DNA of 64,000 nt from an uncultured Candidatus Rokubacteria bacterium (GCA_963747235.1 CAVVEU010000033.1:1-64000); one strand, 5' to 3'; shown: positions 10,013 to 21,693, counted from the first letter of the stretch. Made by a program: numbers and translations. Notes: generated by a model from the sequence alone, not told the origin.

Positions 10013-12308
10013 TCAGGCCTTGTTGAGGCCCTTCTCCTTGAGCGCCTTCAGCACCTTGGGCGGCGACATCGGCAGCTCGGTGAAGCGGATGCCGGTGGCG
10101 TTCTCCATCGCGTTGGCGATGGCCCCGAGCGGCGGGACGATCGGCGTCTCACCGACGCCGCGCACGCCGTAGGGATGCTTCGGGTTGGCGACCTCGACCA
10201 GGATCGCGTCGATCATCGGCACGTCCGAGGCCACCGGCATGCGGTAGTCGAGGAAGCCCGCGTTCTGCAGCTTGCCGTCGGCGCCGTAGATGTACTCCTC
10301 GTTGAGCGCCCAGCCGATGCCCTGCACCGCGCCGCCCTGGTACTGTCCCTCGACGTAGGCCGGATGCAGCGCCCGGCCCGCGTCCTGGGCCACCGTGTAG
10401 CGCAGGATCGTCGCGCGCCCGGTCTCCGGATCCACCTCGAGGTCCACCAGGTGCGTGCCGAAGCTCGGGCCCGCGCCCTGGGCGTTGATGCGGCCGACGC
10501 CGCCGATGGGCCCACCGGTCTTGCCGGCGGTCTTGGCGAAGTCCGCGACGGTCATCGGCTTCACCTTCTCGGCCAGCGCGCCGAGCGGCCGCACCGCGCC
10601 GTCCTTGCACTCGACCTGGTCGGGCTTGGCCTCCCAGAGCTTGCAGGCCCGCGCGGAGAGATCGGCCTTGATCTGCTTGGCCGCCTCCACGATGGCCATC
10701 GAGCCCGAGAAGGCCGAGCGGCTGCCGCCGGTGAGGAAGTTGAACCCGAGCGAGCCGGTGTCGCCGATGATCGGCCGCACCTTGTCGTAGGGAACGCCCA
10801 GCTCGTCCGCGACCACCGAGGACAGCGAGGCGCGCAGCCCGCCGATGTCCGGCGTGCCGGCCATCAGCGAGACCGTGCCGTCCTCGTTGACGGTGAGCGA
10901 GACGGTGGTCTCGCCGCCGATGTTGAACCAGAAGCCGGAGGCCACCCCGCGGCCCTGCCACTTCCGCAGCGGGGTGTTCCAGTGCTCGGTCTTCTTGATG
11001 GCGTTGAGCGTCTCCTCGAGGCCGATGGGGCCGAACTTGGGGCCGTAGGCCGCCTTCGTGCCCTCGCGCGCCGCGTTCATCATCCGCAGCTCGATCGGGT
11101 CGAGGCGCAGCTTCTTGGCGATCTCGTCCACCACGCTCTCGACCGCGTACTCCGAGATCGGCGCGCCGGGGGCCCGGTACGCGGCCACCTTCGGCCGGTT
11201 CGAGACCACGTCGTAGCCGATCACGTGCACGTCCGCGATGTCGTAGGGGGCGTAGGCGCACATGGTGCCGGGCTGCACCGGCGAGCCCTGGAAGGCGCCC
11301 GCCTGGTACTTGAGCTCCGCGAAGGCGGCCACGAACTTGCCGTCCTTGGTGGCGCCCATCTTGACCCGCACGGTGGCGCCGGAGGTCGGGCCCGCTGGCC
11401 TTGAACACGTCCTCGCGCGACATGACCATCTTCACCGGGCGCTTGGCCTTCCGGGACAGCGCGATGGCGAGCGGCTCGAGGTAGACCACCGTCTTGCCGC
11501 CGAAGCCGCCGCCGATCTCGGTGGCGGTGACGCGGACCTTGCCGATGTCGAGGCCGAGCAGCCGCGCGCAGTGGGCGCGCACGATGTAGTGGCCCTGGGT
11601 GGTGGTCCAGAGCTCGGTGGAGCCGTCCTCGGACACGGTGGCCAGCGCGGCGTGCGGCTCGATGTAGCCCTGGTGCACCGGCGCGGTCTTGAACTCCCGT
11701 TCGATGATGACGTCGGCCTTCTTGAAGCCGGCCTCGACGTCGCCCAGCTTGATCTCGACGCGCTTGGCGATGTTCGAGGGCTTGTCCGGCTTGGGCTCGA
11801 CGCCGACCGTGAAGAGATCGTCGTGGAGCAGCGGGGCGCCGGGCTTCATGGCCTCGACCACGTCGATGACGTGGGGGAGGATCTCGTACTTGACCTCGAT
11901 CAGCTTGACCGCGGCCCGGGCGATGGCGGTGGTGGTGGCGGCGACCGCGGCCACCGGGTGGCCTTCGTAGAGCACCTTCTCGCGGGCCATCACGTTCCGC
12001 ACCACGTCCTTGTAGTTCATCATCATCTCGCCGGCCGGGATGAACTCCGACGGCTGGTCCCCGAAGTCTTCCCGGGTGATGACCGCCTTCACGCCGGGCA
12101 GCGCTTCGGCCTTGGACGTATCGATCGAGACGATGCGCGCGTGCGGGTGCGGGCTGCGCAGCACGCGGCCGATGAGCTGGCCGGCCAGGTTGAAGTCCGC
12201 GCCGAAGCGCGCGCGCCCGGTGACCTTGTCCACGCCATCGGGACGGATCGTGCGGGTGCCGACGTAGTGCTGCCCGTTCGCCTGGGAGTGCCCGTTCGTC
12301 TCGGCCAT
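10013..12308 (-). CDS. Xanthine dehydrogenase family molybdopterin-binding (large) subunit; frameshift near 11395
   Basis: DKVTGRARF, LRSPHPHARI, HQGYIEPH, IGGGFGGK, AYRAPG, EGQYQGGAVQGIG, GVRGVGE. Confidence 0.92.
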
Positions 12309-12310
12309 AT

Positions 12311-12787
12311 TTATCCCTTTCTCATCGCCGCGGCCGTGTCCATCACCGCGGTCACGATCTTGTCGTACCCCGTGCACCGGCAGAGGTTGCCGGCCAGCCA
12401 GAAGCGCACCTCGTGCTCGCTCGGGTTCGCGTTCTTCTCGAGCAGGGCCTTCGACGCCACCAGGAAGCCCGGCGTGCAGATGCCGCACTGGAGCGCGGCC
12501 GCCTCCAGGAAGCGCCGCTGCAGCGGATGCAGCGACTCGCCCTTGGCCAGGCCCTCGATGGTCTCGATCTTCCGGCCGCTCACCTCGCAACCGAGCACGA
12601 GGCAGGAGCAGACGAGGCGGCCGTCCAGCATCACGCTGCACGCGCCGCAGTCGCCGGAGGAGCAGCCTTCCTTGCTGCCGGTCAGGTCGAGCGTGTCGCG
12701 GAGCACGTCGAGCAGCGTGTCCTCCGTCTCGCACAGGAACTCCGCCGGGTCACCGTTCACGGTTGCCTGGATGTGATGCTTGGCCAT
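12311..12787 (-). CDS. (2Fe-2S)-binding small subunit, CoxS/XdhC-type
   Basis: GSKEGCSSGDCGACSV..SC, QCGICTPG, GNLCRCTGY. Confidence 0.93.
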   Translation of the reverse strand: MAKHHIQATVNGDPAEFLCETEDTLLDVLRDTLDLTGSKEGCSSGDCGACSVMLDGRLVCSCLVLGCEVSGRKIETIEGLAKGESLHPLQRRFLEAAALQCGICTPGFLVASKALLEKNANPSEHEVRFWLAGNLCRCTGYDKIVTAVMDTAAAMRKG

Positions 12788-13647
12788 CAGTTCGCCCTCG
12801 CTCGGTCCAGCGCGATCAGGGCGGTCCGCCGGGTCAGCACGGCCGCCACGTCGGTACGGAATTCGATGGTGCCGCGCTTGTCGTCGATCGGCCGGCAGGC
12901 CGCCCGCGCCGCCGCCTCGAGCCGGTCCTGCGCCGCCTTGTCGAGCCGGCTGCCGACGATGGCCTGGGCTGCCTCGGAAACGAGCAGCACGCGCGCGGCC
13001 ACCGCGCCCAGGCTCACCCGGGCCGCGGTGATGGTGCCACCGGCATCGAGGGTCAAGCTTACCCCGGCCCCCACCACCGCGATATCCATTTCGGTGCGCG
13101 GGATGAAGCGGAGATAGGCGTCGCTCGAGCGCGCGGGCCGGGGCGGCAACAGGAACGACACGACGATCTCCCCCTTGGTCAGCGCCAGCTTGCGGGGGCC
13201 GAGCATGACGTCCTCGACCGGCAGGTCCCGCCGGCCCTTGGGTCCGACCAGGGTGGCCACCGCGCCCGCCGCGATCAGCGCGGGCACGCTGTCGGCGGCC
13301 GGCGAGCCGTTGCAGAGATTGCCGCCCAGGGTGGCACGGCCCTGTATCTGGGTCGAGCCGATCAGGTTGGCCGCCTCGACCACGCCCGGCCACGCCTGCT
13401 TGAGCTTGGCGTGCTCCTTCAGCTCCGCCCCCGTCACCGCGGCCCCGATCCGCCAGCCGCCCTTCTCCTCGGTGACCGTCCGCGTCTCCGCGATCTTCTT
13501 GATGTCCACGATCAGCTCGGGGTCCACCATGTCGGCGCGCATCTGTACCAGGAGGTCGGTCCCCCCGGCCAGCACCCGCGCCTCGCCCTTGGCTCCCGCG
13601 AGCAGGGCCACGGCCCCCTCCAGTGATTCCGGTGCTTCGTATCGCAT
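12787..13647 (-). CDS. FAD-binding medium subunit, CoxM/XdhB-type
   Basis: LAGGTDLL, IGSTQIQGRATLGGNLCNGSPAADS, PIDDKRGT. Confidence 0.92.
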   Translation of the reverse strand: MRYEAPESLEGAVALLAGAKGEARVLAGGTDLLVQMRADMVDPELIVDIKKIAETRTVTEEKGGWRIGAAVTGAELKEHAKLKQAWPGVVEAANLIGSTQIQGRATLGGNLCNGSPAADSVPALIAAGAVATLVGPKGRRDLPVEDVMLGPRKLALTKGEIVVSFLLPPRPARSSDAYLRFIPRTEMDIAVVGAGVSLTLDAGGTITAARVSLGAVAARVLLVSEAAQAIVGSRLDKAAQDRLEAAARAACRPIDDKRGTIEFRTDVAAVLTRRTALIALDRARAN

Positions 13648-13687
13648 CGTGTTGGGTCTCCTATTATGCTCCGGCCGACATCATACC

Positions 13688-15233
13688 TCAGCGGGCGCGG
13701 AGCTTGAGGTCCTCGTAGGGGGACATGTAAAAGCCCGGGATCGCGGTGGCCATGATGTCGTCCACGCGCGGGCCCACGCCGATGGGAAAGCCCAGGTGAT
13801 AGACCGGCGCCTGGGTGACCTGCTCGTGCAGGATGCGCTGGATCTGGTGCAGGATCGCCTCCCGCTTCTTCCGGTCGAGCTCGCCGGCCTGGCGCCGGAA
13901 GAGGTCGTCCACCTCCGGGAGCGCCCCGTAGGCGAAGGCGCCGTTCTTCGTGACGAACGACTCGAGCCGCGTCGCCGCGTTGCCGGAGACGCCGCTGATC
14001 GTCAGCACCACGCCCTTGAGCTTCTTCTCGCGCCACGACGTCATGAAGGTGCCGCGCTCCATGCTGCGCACCCGCGTGCGGATGCCCACCGCCTGCAGCC
14101 ACCCCTGGATGGTCTCGCCCATCGAGTTGTAGGGCGGGAACGGGGTCAGCTCGCCGCCGTCGAAGCCGTTCGGGAAGCCCGCCTCGGCCAGGAGCTTCTT
14201 CGCGCGCGCCGGATCGTGCGGGTGCGGCTCGAAGGGCAGCGCGAACTCGAAGTCACGCGGCACGGTGCTCCCGACGGGACGCGAGAGGCCGAGGGTCTCC
14301 GCCTCGTTCAGCGCCTGCCGGTCCAGCGCGAGGCTGGCGGCCAGCCGCACGCGCTTGTCGGCCCAGGGCGACTTCGGATCCCACTGATCCGGGAAGTCGA
14401 GCCAGAAGATGCCGAGCAGCGGCGCGGCCAGACGCAGGCCCGGCGTGCGCTTGATGTCCTGCGCGGTCGGCCCGGTGAGCAGCATGGCCAGGTCCACCTC
14501 GCCGCTCTTGAGCGCGGCGGCGCGGGTGGTCTCGTCGGGCAGGCTGCGGAAGACGATCCTCTTGATGGACGGGGTCTTCCGCCAGTAGCCCTCGAAGGCC
14601 TCGACGACCAGCTCCACGCCCGGATTGAAGCTCACGAACTTGTACGGGCCGGCGCCCACCGGAGCCTTCCGGAAGCCCTCCTCGCCGACGCTCTCGAAGT
14701 ACTTCTTCGGCACCACCCAGCCCGCGCTGGCCGTGAACGTGCCGTAGAAGGCCCCGAAGTCGGGCCACGGCTGCTTGAAGACGAACTTCACCCGATTCGG
14801 CGCGGGCGTCTGGATCTCCTTGACCGCGTCCTTCAGCACCTTGGCGGCGCCGCCCCGGTAGCGCTCGAAGGAGAACTTCACGTCCTCCGCGGTGACCGGA
14901 TCGCCGTTGTGGAACTTCGCGGGCCGCAACACGAACTCGGCGGACAGCGTAGTCCTTCGCCATGGCCCACGACTGCGCCAGGCTCGGGCCCGAGCCCACC
15001 CCGGGCATCGGCTTGATCAGCCCGTCGTGGAGCACGTAGAGCAAGAAATAGGGCGTGATGGTGCTCTCGCCCTCCGCGGGATCCAGCCACCGGGTGACCG
15101 GGCTGAAGTGCATCGCGATGGTGAGCGTGCCCTCGGGCGCAGCCGTCGCCAGGGATACCCCCAGCAGGCCCAGCATGGCGCAGAGGATCGCCCCCACCAG
15201 GACAAGGCGGGAGATAGGTCGAGGAAGGGTCAT
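13688..15233 (-). CDS. ABC transporter substrate-binding protein, peptide/nickel family 5 (frameshift near 14945)
   Basis: Signal peptide, LHDGLIKP, KFHNGDPVTAEDVKFSFER, PVGAGPYKFVS, DKRVRLAASLALDR. Confidence 0.88.
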
Positions 15234-15327
15234 GGATCGAGACTCTTGAACGTTCGCGCCCCCCTTGTCAAGGGCATGCACGGTCGAGGGTTCTCAGGCA
15301 CAATGACCCCCTGGACATCGAGCCCCC

Positions 15328-16758
15328 GTGCGTACCTGGCTCCTGACCGCCGTCCTCGCCATCGCCCTGGTCGCGCCGAGCCCCGCCGCGGCCGCCGAGC
15401 CCCTCTCGTGGGAGACCGGCGAGGGCAAGAGCTACGTCATTCCCGCGCTCGAGATCGGCGGGTTCCTCACCGGCATGAACCAGGTGAACCGCCACCTCAT
15501 CGATCCGAAGGAATACGGCAGCGACGGGCACTCGATCTGGCGGAACCTGCGGGAGCCGCTGGTCATCGACCGGGACCCGTTCAGCATCAACCAGCTCGGC
15601 CATCCCTACCAGGGCAACATCTACTTCGGCTTCGCGCGCTCGGCCGGCCTCGACTTCTGGCGGTCGCTGGCCTACAGCCTGGGCGGCAGCCTGCTCTGGG
15701 AGATCGCCGGGGAGACCACGCCGCCCGCCCTCAACGACCACATCAATACCGCGATCGGCGGGGCCTTCATCGGCGAGGCCGCCTTCCGGATGGCCAGCCT
15801 GCTGCTGGAAGGCGGCGGCGAGAAGCCCGGCTTCTGGCGCGAGCTCGGCGCCGCGATCATCTCCCCGCCCACCGGGTTCAATCGCCTCGCCTTCGGCGAT
15901 CGGTTCGACGCGGTCTTCCCGAGCCGGAACCCGGAGATCTTCATCCGTTTCCGGCTCGGCGCCACGCTGACCAACGAGGTGAACAACGATATCGACAAGG
16001 ACGTGAAGCGGCAGGAGGGCGCCGCGGACTACTCGATCACCTACGGGCTCCCGGGCAAGCCCGGCTACGAGTACAAGCGCCCGTTCGACTACTTCCACTT
16101 CGAGTTCACCGCGGTCCCGAACGCGGGCGACATCACCGACGCCATCGAGAACGTCTCGATCCGCGGACTGCTCGGGGGGCGGCGCTACGACCTGGGCCGC
16201 GACGACTTCCGCGGCGTGTGGGGCGTCTTCGGCAACTACGACTACTTCTCGCCGCAGATCTTCCGGGTGTCGAGCACCGCGGTCTCCATGGGCACGGTCT
16301 TCCAGTGGTGGCTCACGCGCCACGTCGCGCTGCAGGGCACCGCGCTCGCCGGCATCGGCCTCGGCGCGGCGGGGACCGTCGGGGACCGGGCCGAGCGCGA
16401 CTATCACTACGGGCTGACGCCGCTCACCCACCTCGGGCTCCGCCTCATCTTCGGTGAGCGGGCGATGGTGGAGGCGACGGGCCGCCAGTACTACGTCGCG
16501 GGGACCAGCTCGAACCAGGAGCGCGGCGTGGACACCAGCCACTTCAGCCAGGACGTGATCCTGCGCGGCAGCGTGGGGCTGACGGTGCGCCTCTTCGGGC
16601 CGCACGCCCTCGGGATCCAGTACCTGGTCACGAGCCGGAACACCGGCGCCCCCGACCTGCGCGAGCGGCACCAGTCGGTGCAGACCGTGACGCTGTCGTA
16701 CAACTTCCTCGGCCACACGCGCTTCGGCGCGGTGGAGTGGCGACCCGGCGCCGACTGA
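15328..16758 (+). CDS. DUF3943 domain exported protein, probable outer-membrane protein
   Basis: Signal peptide; DPFSINQLGHPYQG..YFGFARSAG..SLLWEIAGETTPPALND; beta-strand-rich C-terminal half. Confidence 0.75.
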   Translation: MRTWLLTAVLAIALVAPSPAAAAEPLSWETGEGKSYVIPALEIGGFLTGMNQVNRHLIDPKEYGSDGHSIWRNLREPLVIDRDPFSINQLGHPYQGNIYFGFARSAGLDFWRSLAYSLGGSLLWEIAGETTPPALNDHINTAIGGAFIGEAAFRMASLLLEGGGEKPGFWRELGAAIISPPTGFNRLAFGDRFDAVFPSRNPEIFIRFRLGATLTNEVNNDIDKDVKRQEGAADYSITYGLPGKPGYEYKRPFDYFHFEFTAVPNAGDITDAIENVSIRGLLGGRRYDLGRDDFRGVWGVFGNYDYFSPQIFRVSSTAVSMGTVFQWWLTRHVALQGTALAGIGLGAAGTVGDRAERDYHYGLTPLTHLGLRLIFGERAMVEATGRQYYVAGTSSNQERGVDTSHFSQDVILRGSVGLTVRLFGPHALGIQYLVTSRNTGAPDLRERHQSVQTVTLSYNFLGHTRFGAVEWRPGAD

Positions 16759-16786
16759 GGCGACCCCGCGTCACCCGGCCGCCGCG

Positions 16787-17486
16787 TCACCCGGCCAGAT
16801 GGCGCTCGAGGAGCACGCGGAACTCGACAGGCACCGCGAGGCCGCCCATCAGCTCGCCGGTGTCGGCGTAGTAGGGCCGGCCGAGCGTGGTGCCATCCGC
16901 GAGCCAGATCGTGAGCCAGTACTCCGGCTCGCCGGCCGCGTGCGGGGTCGGCCGGCGCATCGTTCCGCGGAGCATCATCCCGACGAGCGCCTCGACGTCC
17001 TGGGCCGACGCGACCGGCGCGGGCCGCGTCGCCTCCCTCGGCGCGCGCGGCCCGTCGCGGCGCTGCACGTCGATCGCGCGCACGCGGCCCGCGATGTCCC
17101 AGAGGTCGCGGCCGACCCGGGCCCGCGGGTTGCGCCAGGCCTGGTAGAGGAAGAGCCGGTCCCGCCAGGCCGCGGCGAGCCGGAACTCGGTCGCGTACCC
17201 ACGCACCGCGTACATCCGGGTCCCCGCGGGCATGAAGGCGGCCCCGGCGTCGACCCCGTACGAGCACGCCCGGGAATCCTCGCCGATGGAGCAGCCGACG
17301 GTGCCGAACTCCACGCCCAGGTCGGCCCGCGTCAGCTCGCGGCCCGGCTCGTCGATCAAGCGAATGTAGTCGATGCCGTCGAAGGTGACGAAGTCGAGCG
17401 TGGTCGACGTGCCGGCCCCGTCCGCGACGCGCGACGAGCCCGACCGCGAGCGCCAGCGCGCTCAGGCCGAGGCTCCGGCCCCTCAC
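16787..17486 (-). CDS. Hypothetical exported/lipoprotein (frameshift near 17420)
   Basis: GTG overlaps upstream stop; hydrophobic N-terminus RGRSLGLSALALAVGLVA; then DFVTFDGIDYIR...; fills the gap between two genes. Confidence 0.55.
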
Positions 17487-18871
17487 GCGAGCCAGCCCGC
17501 CTCGTGCGTCCCGGCCGGGACCGGCGGGGAAGCCCAGAACGGCGCCGTCTCGGACAGGCGCGCGGCGGGCGTCACGTGGGTGAGCCGGCCGAACGGGCTC
17601 TCGCAGCTCGCGAGCAGATCGCCGACATCGGCCGCGGTCTGGTCGGCCACGTGGCGCCCGGGCACCCGCCCGAGCGCGTCCACCCAGCGCCCGGTCTGCA
17701 CGAGCGAGACGCGCACGAGATAGCTCCCGCCCTCGCGGGCGCGGCGCGCGAGGGCCATGAGGGCGCCGAACGCGGCCAGGTACCCGGTGGCATGATCCAC
17801 GACCTGCGCGGGGAGATGGAGCGGGCGGCCGAGCCCGCCGCCGAATCCCTGCTCGTGGGCGAGCCCGCTCACCGACTGGATCAGCGTCTCGAAGCCGCGC
17901 CGCTCGCGCCATGGCCCCGCGTGCCCGTAGGCCGAGAGCGTGACGAAGACGATCCCGGGCCGCCGCCGCGCGACCTCCTCGGGGGCGAAGCCATGCCGCG
18001 CGAGCGCGCCGGGGCGATAGGACTGGGCGAACACGTCGGCGCGCCCGATCAGCGTCCGCAGGCGGTCGGCGTCGGCGGGCCGGCGCAGATCGAGCGAGGC
18101 GGCGCGCTTGCCGAGCCCGAAGTCGATCACGTGCGACGGCAGGTTCGGCAGGTGCGGCGCGGAGACGTGCAGCACGTCCGCCCCGTGCGAGGCCAGCATC
18201 CGCCCGCCCTCGGGCCCCGCGATCACTCGCGTGAGGTCGAGCACGCGCACGCCGGCGAGCGGCCGGTCCCCGGCGCCGAAGGGCTCGGGCGCCGAGTCGC
18301 CGATGCGGACGATCTCGAGCAGCGGCAGCTCGGCCACCGCGCGCGCGTGGGGATGCGCGAGCCATTCGTCCTTCGGGCGGACCATGCCCGCGGGCAGCCC
18401 GGCCGCGTTCAGCTCGTCTTCCAGGTCCTGCGCCTTCCACGTGGCGACCGCCGCAGCCATGGACTCGCGCGTCTCCTCGCAGCCCATGAAACGCACGTGG
18501 CCCGCGCGGTGGTGCGGCAGGTTCGCGTGGATCTGGATCCACCGGCCGTCGGCGGTGGGATAGAAGCCGAAGAGCGGGCTGTGGCCGTCGGGCGCGGGCC
18601 CGCCGTTCACGCGCAGGTAGCGCTCGCTGCGGAAGGCCGCGATGGCCGCGCGCATGTCCACCGCGACCGATTGCGCGCGCCCGGTGCGGAGGCGCCAGAG
18701 CTCGCCGGCCGCGAGCCCGGTGGCCGCGATCACCGCGGCGGCCGCGGTGCCGATCCGCACGTCGGTCGGCAGCATCGGATCGTCACCGGTCACGCTCGCC
18801 CGCTCGAGCGCCGCGGGGTCGCCGCCGCCGGCCGCCCAGACCTGCTCGAGCGCCCCGCGCGGGGTCGTCAT
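17483..18871 (-). CDS. CaiB/BaiF family III CoA transferase (long type)
   Basis: MTTPRGALEQVW; PLAGVRVLDLTRVIAGP, ADVFAQSYRPG, LPAQVVDHATGY. Confidence 0.9.
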   Translation of the reverse strand: MTTPRGALEQVWAAGGGDPAALERASVTGDDPMLPTDVRIGTAAAAVIAATGLAAGELWRLRTGRAQSVAVDMRAAIAAFRSERYLRVNGGPAPDGHSPLFGFYPTADGRWIQIHANLPHHRAGHVRFMGCEETRESMAAAVATWKAQDLEDELNAAGLPAGMVRPKDEWLAHPHARAVAELPLLEIVRIGDSAPEPFGAGDRPLAGVRVLDLTRVIAGPEGGRMLASHGADVLHVSAPHLPNLPSHVIDFGLGKRAASLDLRRPADADRLRTLIGRADVFAQSYRPGALARHGFAPEEVARRRPGIVFVTLSAYGHAGPWRERRGFETLIQSVSGLAHEQGFGGGLGRPLHLPAQVVDHATGYLAAFGALMALARRAREGGSYLVRVSLVQTGRWVDALGRVPGRHVADQTAADVGDLLASCESPFGRLTHVTPAARLSETAPFWASPPVPAGTHEAGWLA

Positions 18872-20059
18872 CAGATGACTCCCGCGCTTGGCGAGGTCCG
18901 CGATCTGGTCCTTCGAGTAGCCGATCGACGTGAGGATCGCCTCGTTGTCCTGTCCCAGCTCCGGGGCCGGGGTGCGAATGGGCTGGCGCCGCTCGCCGTG
19001 CGAGACCGGGTGCCCGAGGATGGTGAGGTCGCCCAGCTCGGGCGAGTGGACCGGCTGCGCCATCTCGAGGTGCTGCACCTGCGGATCGGCGAAGGCCTCG
19101 TCGATGCGGTAGATCGGCCCGCAGGGCACGCCGGCCTCGTTCATGATCCGCACCCAGTCCGCGCTGGACTTCTGGCGGGTGACCGGCATCAGCACCTCCA
19201 TCAGCACGTCGCGGTTCTTCGAGCGCGCGCTCGAGGTGGCGAAGCGCGCGTCGGTGCGCAGATCCGGGCGCTCGATGGCCTTGCAGAAGCGCTCGTAGAG
19301 CTCGTCGCCGGAGGCCGCGATGTTGACGTGGCCGTCCCGGGTCTCGAAGACGCCGGTCGGAATGCCGGTCGGGTGGTTGTTGCCGGCCTGGGGCGCGACC
19401 TCGCCGCTCATCAGCCAGCGGGAGGCCTGGAAGTCCAGCATGGAGAGCATCGCCTCGAGCAGCGAGGTGTGCACCCACTTCCCCTCCCCGGTCGTCTCCC
19501 GCTCGATCAGCGCGACCAGGATGCCCTGGGCGAGCAGGATGCCCGAGCACAGGTCGGCGATGGGAATGCCCACGCGCACCGGCCCCTGCCCGGGAATGCC
19601 GGTGATGGACATGAGGCCGCCCATGCCCTGGGCGATCTGGTCCACGCCGGGCCGGTCGCGATAGGGCCCGCTCTGCCCGAAGCCCGAGATGGAGCCGTAG
19701 ATCAGGCGCGGGTTGATCGCGCGCAGGCTCTCGTAGTCGATGCCGAGGCGCCGCTTCACGTCCGGCCGGTAGTTCTCGACCACGACGTCCACGTCCTGCG
19801 CCAGCCGCTTGAAGATGGCCACGCCCTCGGGCTCGCGCAGGTTGAGCGTCATGGCCTGCTTGTTGCGGTGCAGGTTCTGGAAGTCGAAGCCGTGGCGGTT
19901 GCCGCCCATGCCGTCGCCCGAGCGGCCGCCCGGCATCTCGATCTTGATCGCGCGGGCGCCCCAGTCCACGAGCTGCCGGACGCAGGTGGGGCCCGCCCGC
20001 GCCCGCGTGAGGTCGAGCACCGAGTACCGCGCCAGGGGGAGAGCTGTGTTCTTGGCCAT
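18871..20059 (-). CDS. CaiB/BaiF family III CoA transferase
   Basis: VLDLTRARAGP, NRNK-like LHRNK, DVVVENYRP, GIPIADLCSG, PAPELGQD; TGATG overlap at 18871 hidden by an extra G. Confidence 0.9.
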
Positions 20060-20121
20060 GGTGGTCCTGATCCTATCGCTTCTCGGGGCGCGCCCACCAG
20101 CGCCCTCAACCCTCGACCCCT

Positions 20122-21693
20122 TCAGCCCTCCACGATGGCCGCGGCCCGCTCCACCTCGGCCGGGCTCTCGCCGGTGCGCGGCCGGCGGCGAAGGAACATC
20201 ACGAACGGGATGACCGCCGCGAAGATCCACGCGAGGCGCCAGAAGTTGTCGATGAACGAGAGCGCGAGCGCCTCGCGCTGCACCATCTCGTAGAGATGCG
20301 CCCACGCCTGCTGCTCGGCGGTGCTCGGATCGGCCCCGCGCGTGGTGTAGATCCCGACCAGCGTCTGGTAGCGGTCCCACACCTCGGGGTCGTAGAGGCT
20401 CACGTGGGCGGCCAGCCGCGCCTGGTGCACCTGCGAGCCGCGCTCCAGCATCGTGGCCACCGCGGCGATGCCGATGCTGCCGCCGACGGTCCGGGTGAAG
20501 TTGAAGAGCCCGGAGGCGTGGCCCAGCTCGCGCCGCGGCACCGCGCTGAGCGCCATGGTGGACAGCGGCACGAACGTGAAGCCGATGCCGAGCCCCTGGA
20601 CGAAGCGCGGCCACATGATGTGCCAGTAGCTCGCCTCCAGCGTCAGCGTGGCCATCAGGTACATCGCGTAGGCGTTCAGCGCGCAGCCGGTGGCGATGAC
20701 CCAGCGGGGATCGATGCGGGGCATCAGCACCCCCGCGATCGGCATCGTGATCAGGGTGGCCACGCCGCCCGGGGCGAGCACCATCCCGGCGAGCATCGCG
20801 GTGTAGCCCATGAGGATCTGGGTGTAGAGCGGCGAGAGCACCATGATCCCGTAGAACGCGATGCTGATGACGAACATGGCGGCGGTCGCCACCGCGAACG
20901 TCGAGTGGCGCAGCACCCGCAGATCCACCACCGGCTCCTCCGCGTAGAGCTCGCGCGCGACGAGGACGACCAGGGCCACCGCCGCCATGATCCCGAGCCA
21001 CACGATGAGCGGCGAGGCGAGCCAGTCCTCGCGCTGGCCGCGGTCGAGCACGAACTGGAGCGCGGAGACCCCGATCACGAGCAGGACGAGGCCGGGCACG
21101 TCCACCCGCCGCACCGCCGGCCGCGTCTCGGTGGTTTCGGGGAGGAAGAGCCAGCCCATCACCACCGCGGCGGCCCCGACCGGCACGTTGATGTAGAACA
21201 CCCAGCGCCAGCTCCAGTTGTCGGTGATCCAGCCGCCGAGCGTGGGCCCGATGATCGGCGCGAACATGACGCCGATGCCCCAGATGGCCATCGCCATCCC
21301 GCTCTGGCGCGCCGGGAACGTCTCGATCATCGTGGACTGCGAGAGCGGCACGAGCGGCCCGCCGGCCAGCCCCTGCAGGAACCGCGCGAGCACGATGACG
21401 GCCAGGCTCGGGGCCGCCCCCACCGCGGCCGAGGTGATCGTGAAGGCCGCGGTGGCCACGATGAAGAGGCGCTTGCGGCCGAGGAGGTCGGTCAGCCACC
21501 CGGTGATGGGCAGGCTGATCGCGTTGGCGACGAGGAACGAGGTCAGCACCCAGGTGATCTCGTCCACCCCGGCGGACAGGCTGCCTCGCATGTGGTCGAG
21601 CGCCACGTTCGCGATCGTGACGTCGAGGACCACCAGGAACGTGGCCATCATGGTGGTGATGGCCACGATCGCCCGCAGCAACCGCGGGCTCAT
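20122..21693 (-). CDS. DHA2 family MFS drug efflux permease (EmrB/QacA-like)
   Basis: VLDVTIANVAL, WVLTSFLVANAI, GPTLGGWITDNWSWRWVFYINVPVG. Confidence 0.93.
   Translation of the reverse strand: MSPRLLRAIVAITTMMATFLVVLDVTIANVALDHMRGSLSAGVDEITWVLTSFLVANAISLPITGWLTDLLGRKRLFIVATAAFTITSAAVGAAPSLAVIVLARFLQGLAGGPLVPLSQSTMIETFPARQSGMAMAIWGIGVMFAPIIGPTLGGWITDNWSWRWVFYINVPVGAAAVVMGWLFLPETTETRPAVRRVDVPGLVLLVIGVSALQFVLDRGQREDWLASPLIVWLGIMAAVALVVLVARELYAEEPVVDLRVLRHSTFAVATAAMFVISIAFYGIMVLSPLYTQILMGYTAMLAGMVLAPGGVATLITMPIAGVLMPRIDPRWVIATGCALNAYAMYLMATLTLEASYWHIMWPRFVQGLGIGFTFVPLSTMALSAVPRRELGHASGLFNFTRTVGGSIGIAAVATMLERGSQVHQARLAAHVSLYDPEVWDRYQTLVGIYTTRGADPSTAEQQAWAHLYEMVQREALALSFIDNFWRLAWIFAAVIPFVMFLRRRPRTGESPAEVERAAAIVEG

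Noticed and set aside
10013-13647. Aerobic CO dehydrogenase (coxMSL)
   Set aside because: The gene order fits, but the active-site loop is AYRAPG, not the AYRCSFR of form I CoxL.
16766-16796. 15-bp direct duplication CCGCGTCACCCGGCC between convergent genes
   Set aside because: Only two GC-rich copies covering a stop codon; a local duplication with no sign of a target-site duplication around an element.
17483-21499. 1338-aa ORF resembling a tandem CoA-transferase fusion
   Set aside because: An extra G at AAGCGCGGGAGTCATCTGATG hides the TGATG stop/start overlap at 18871; the N-terminal part is an off-frame shadow of the MFS gene.
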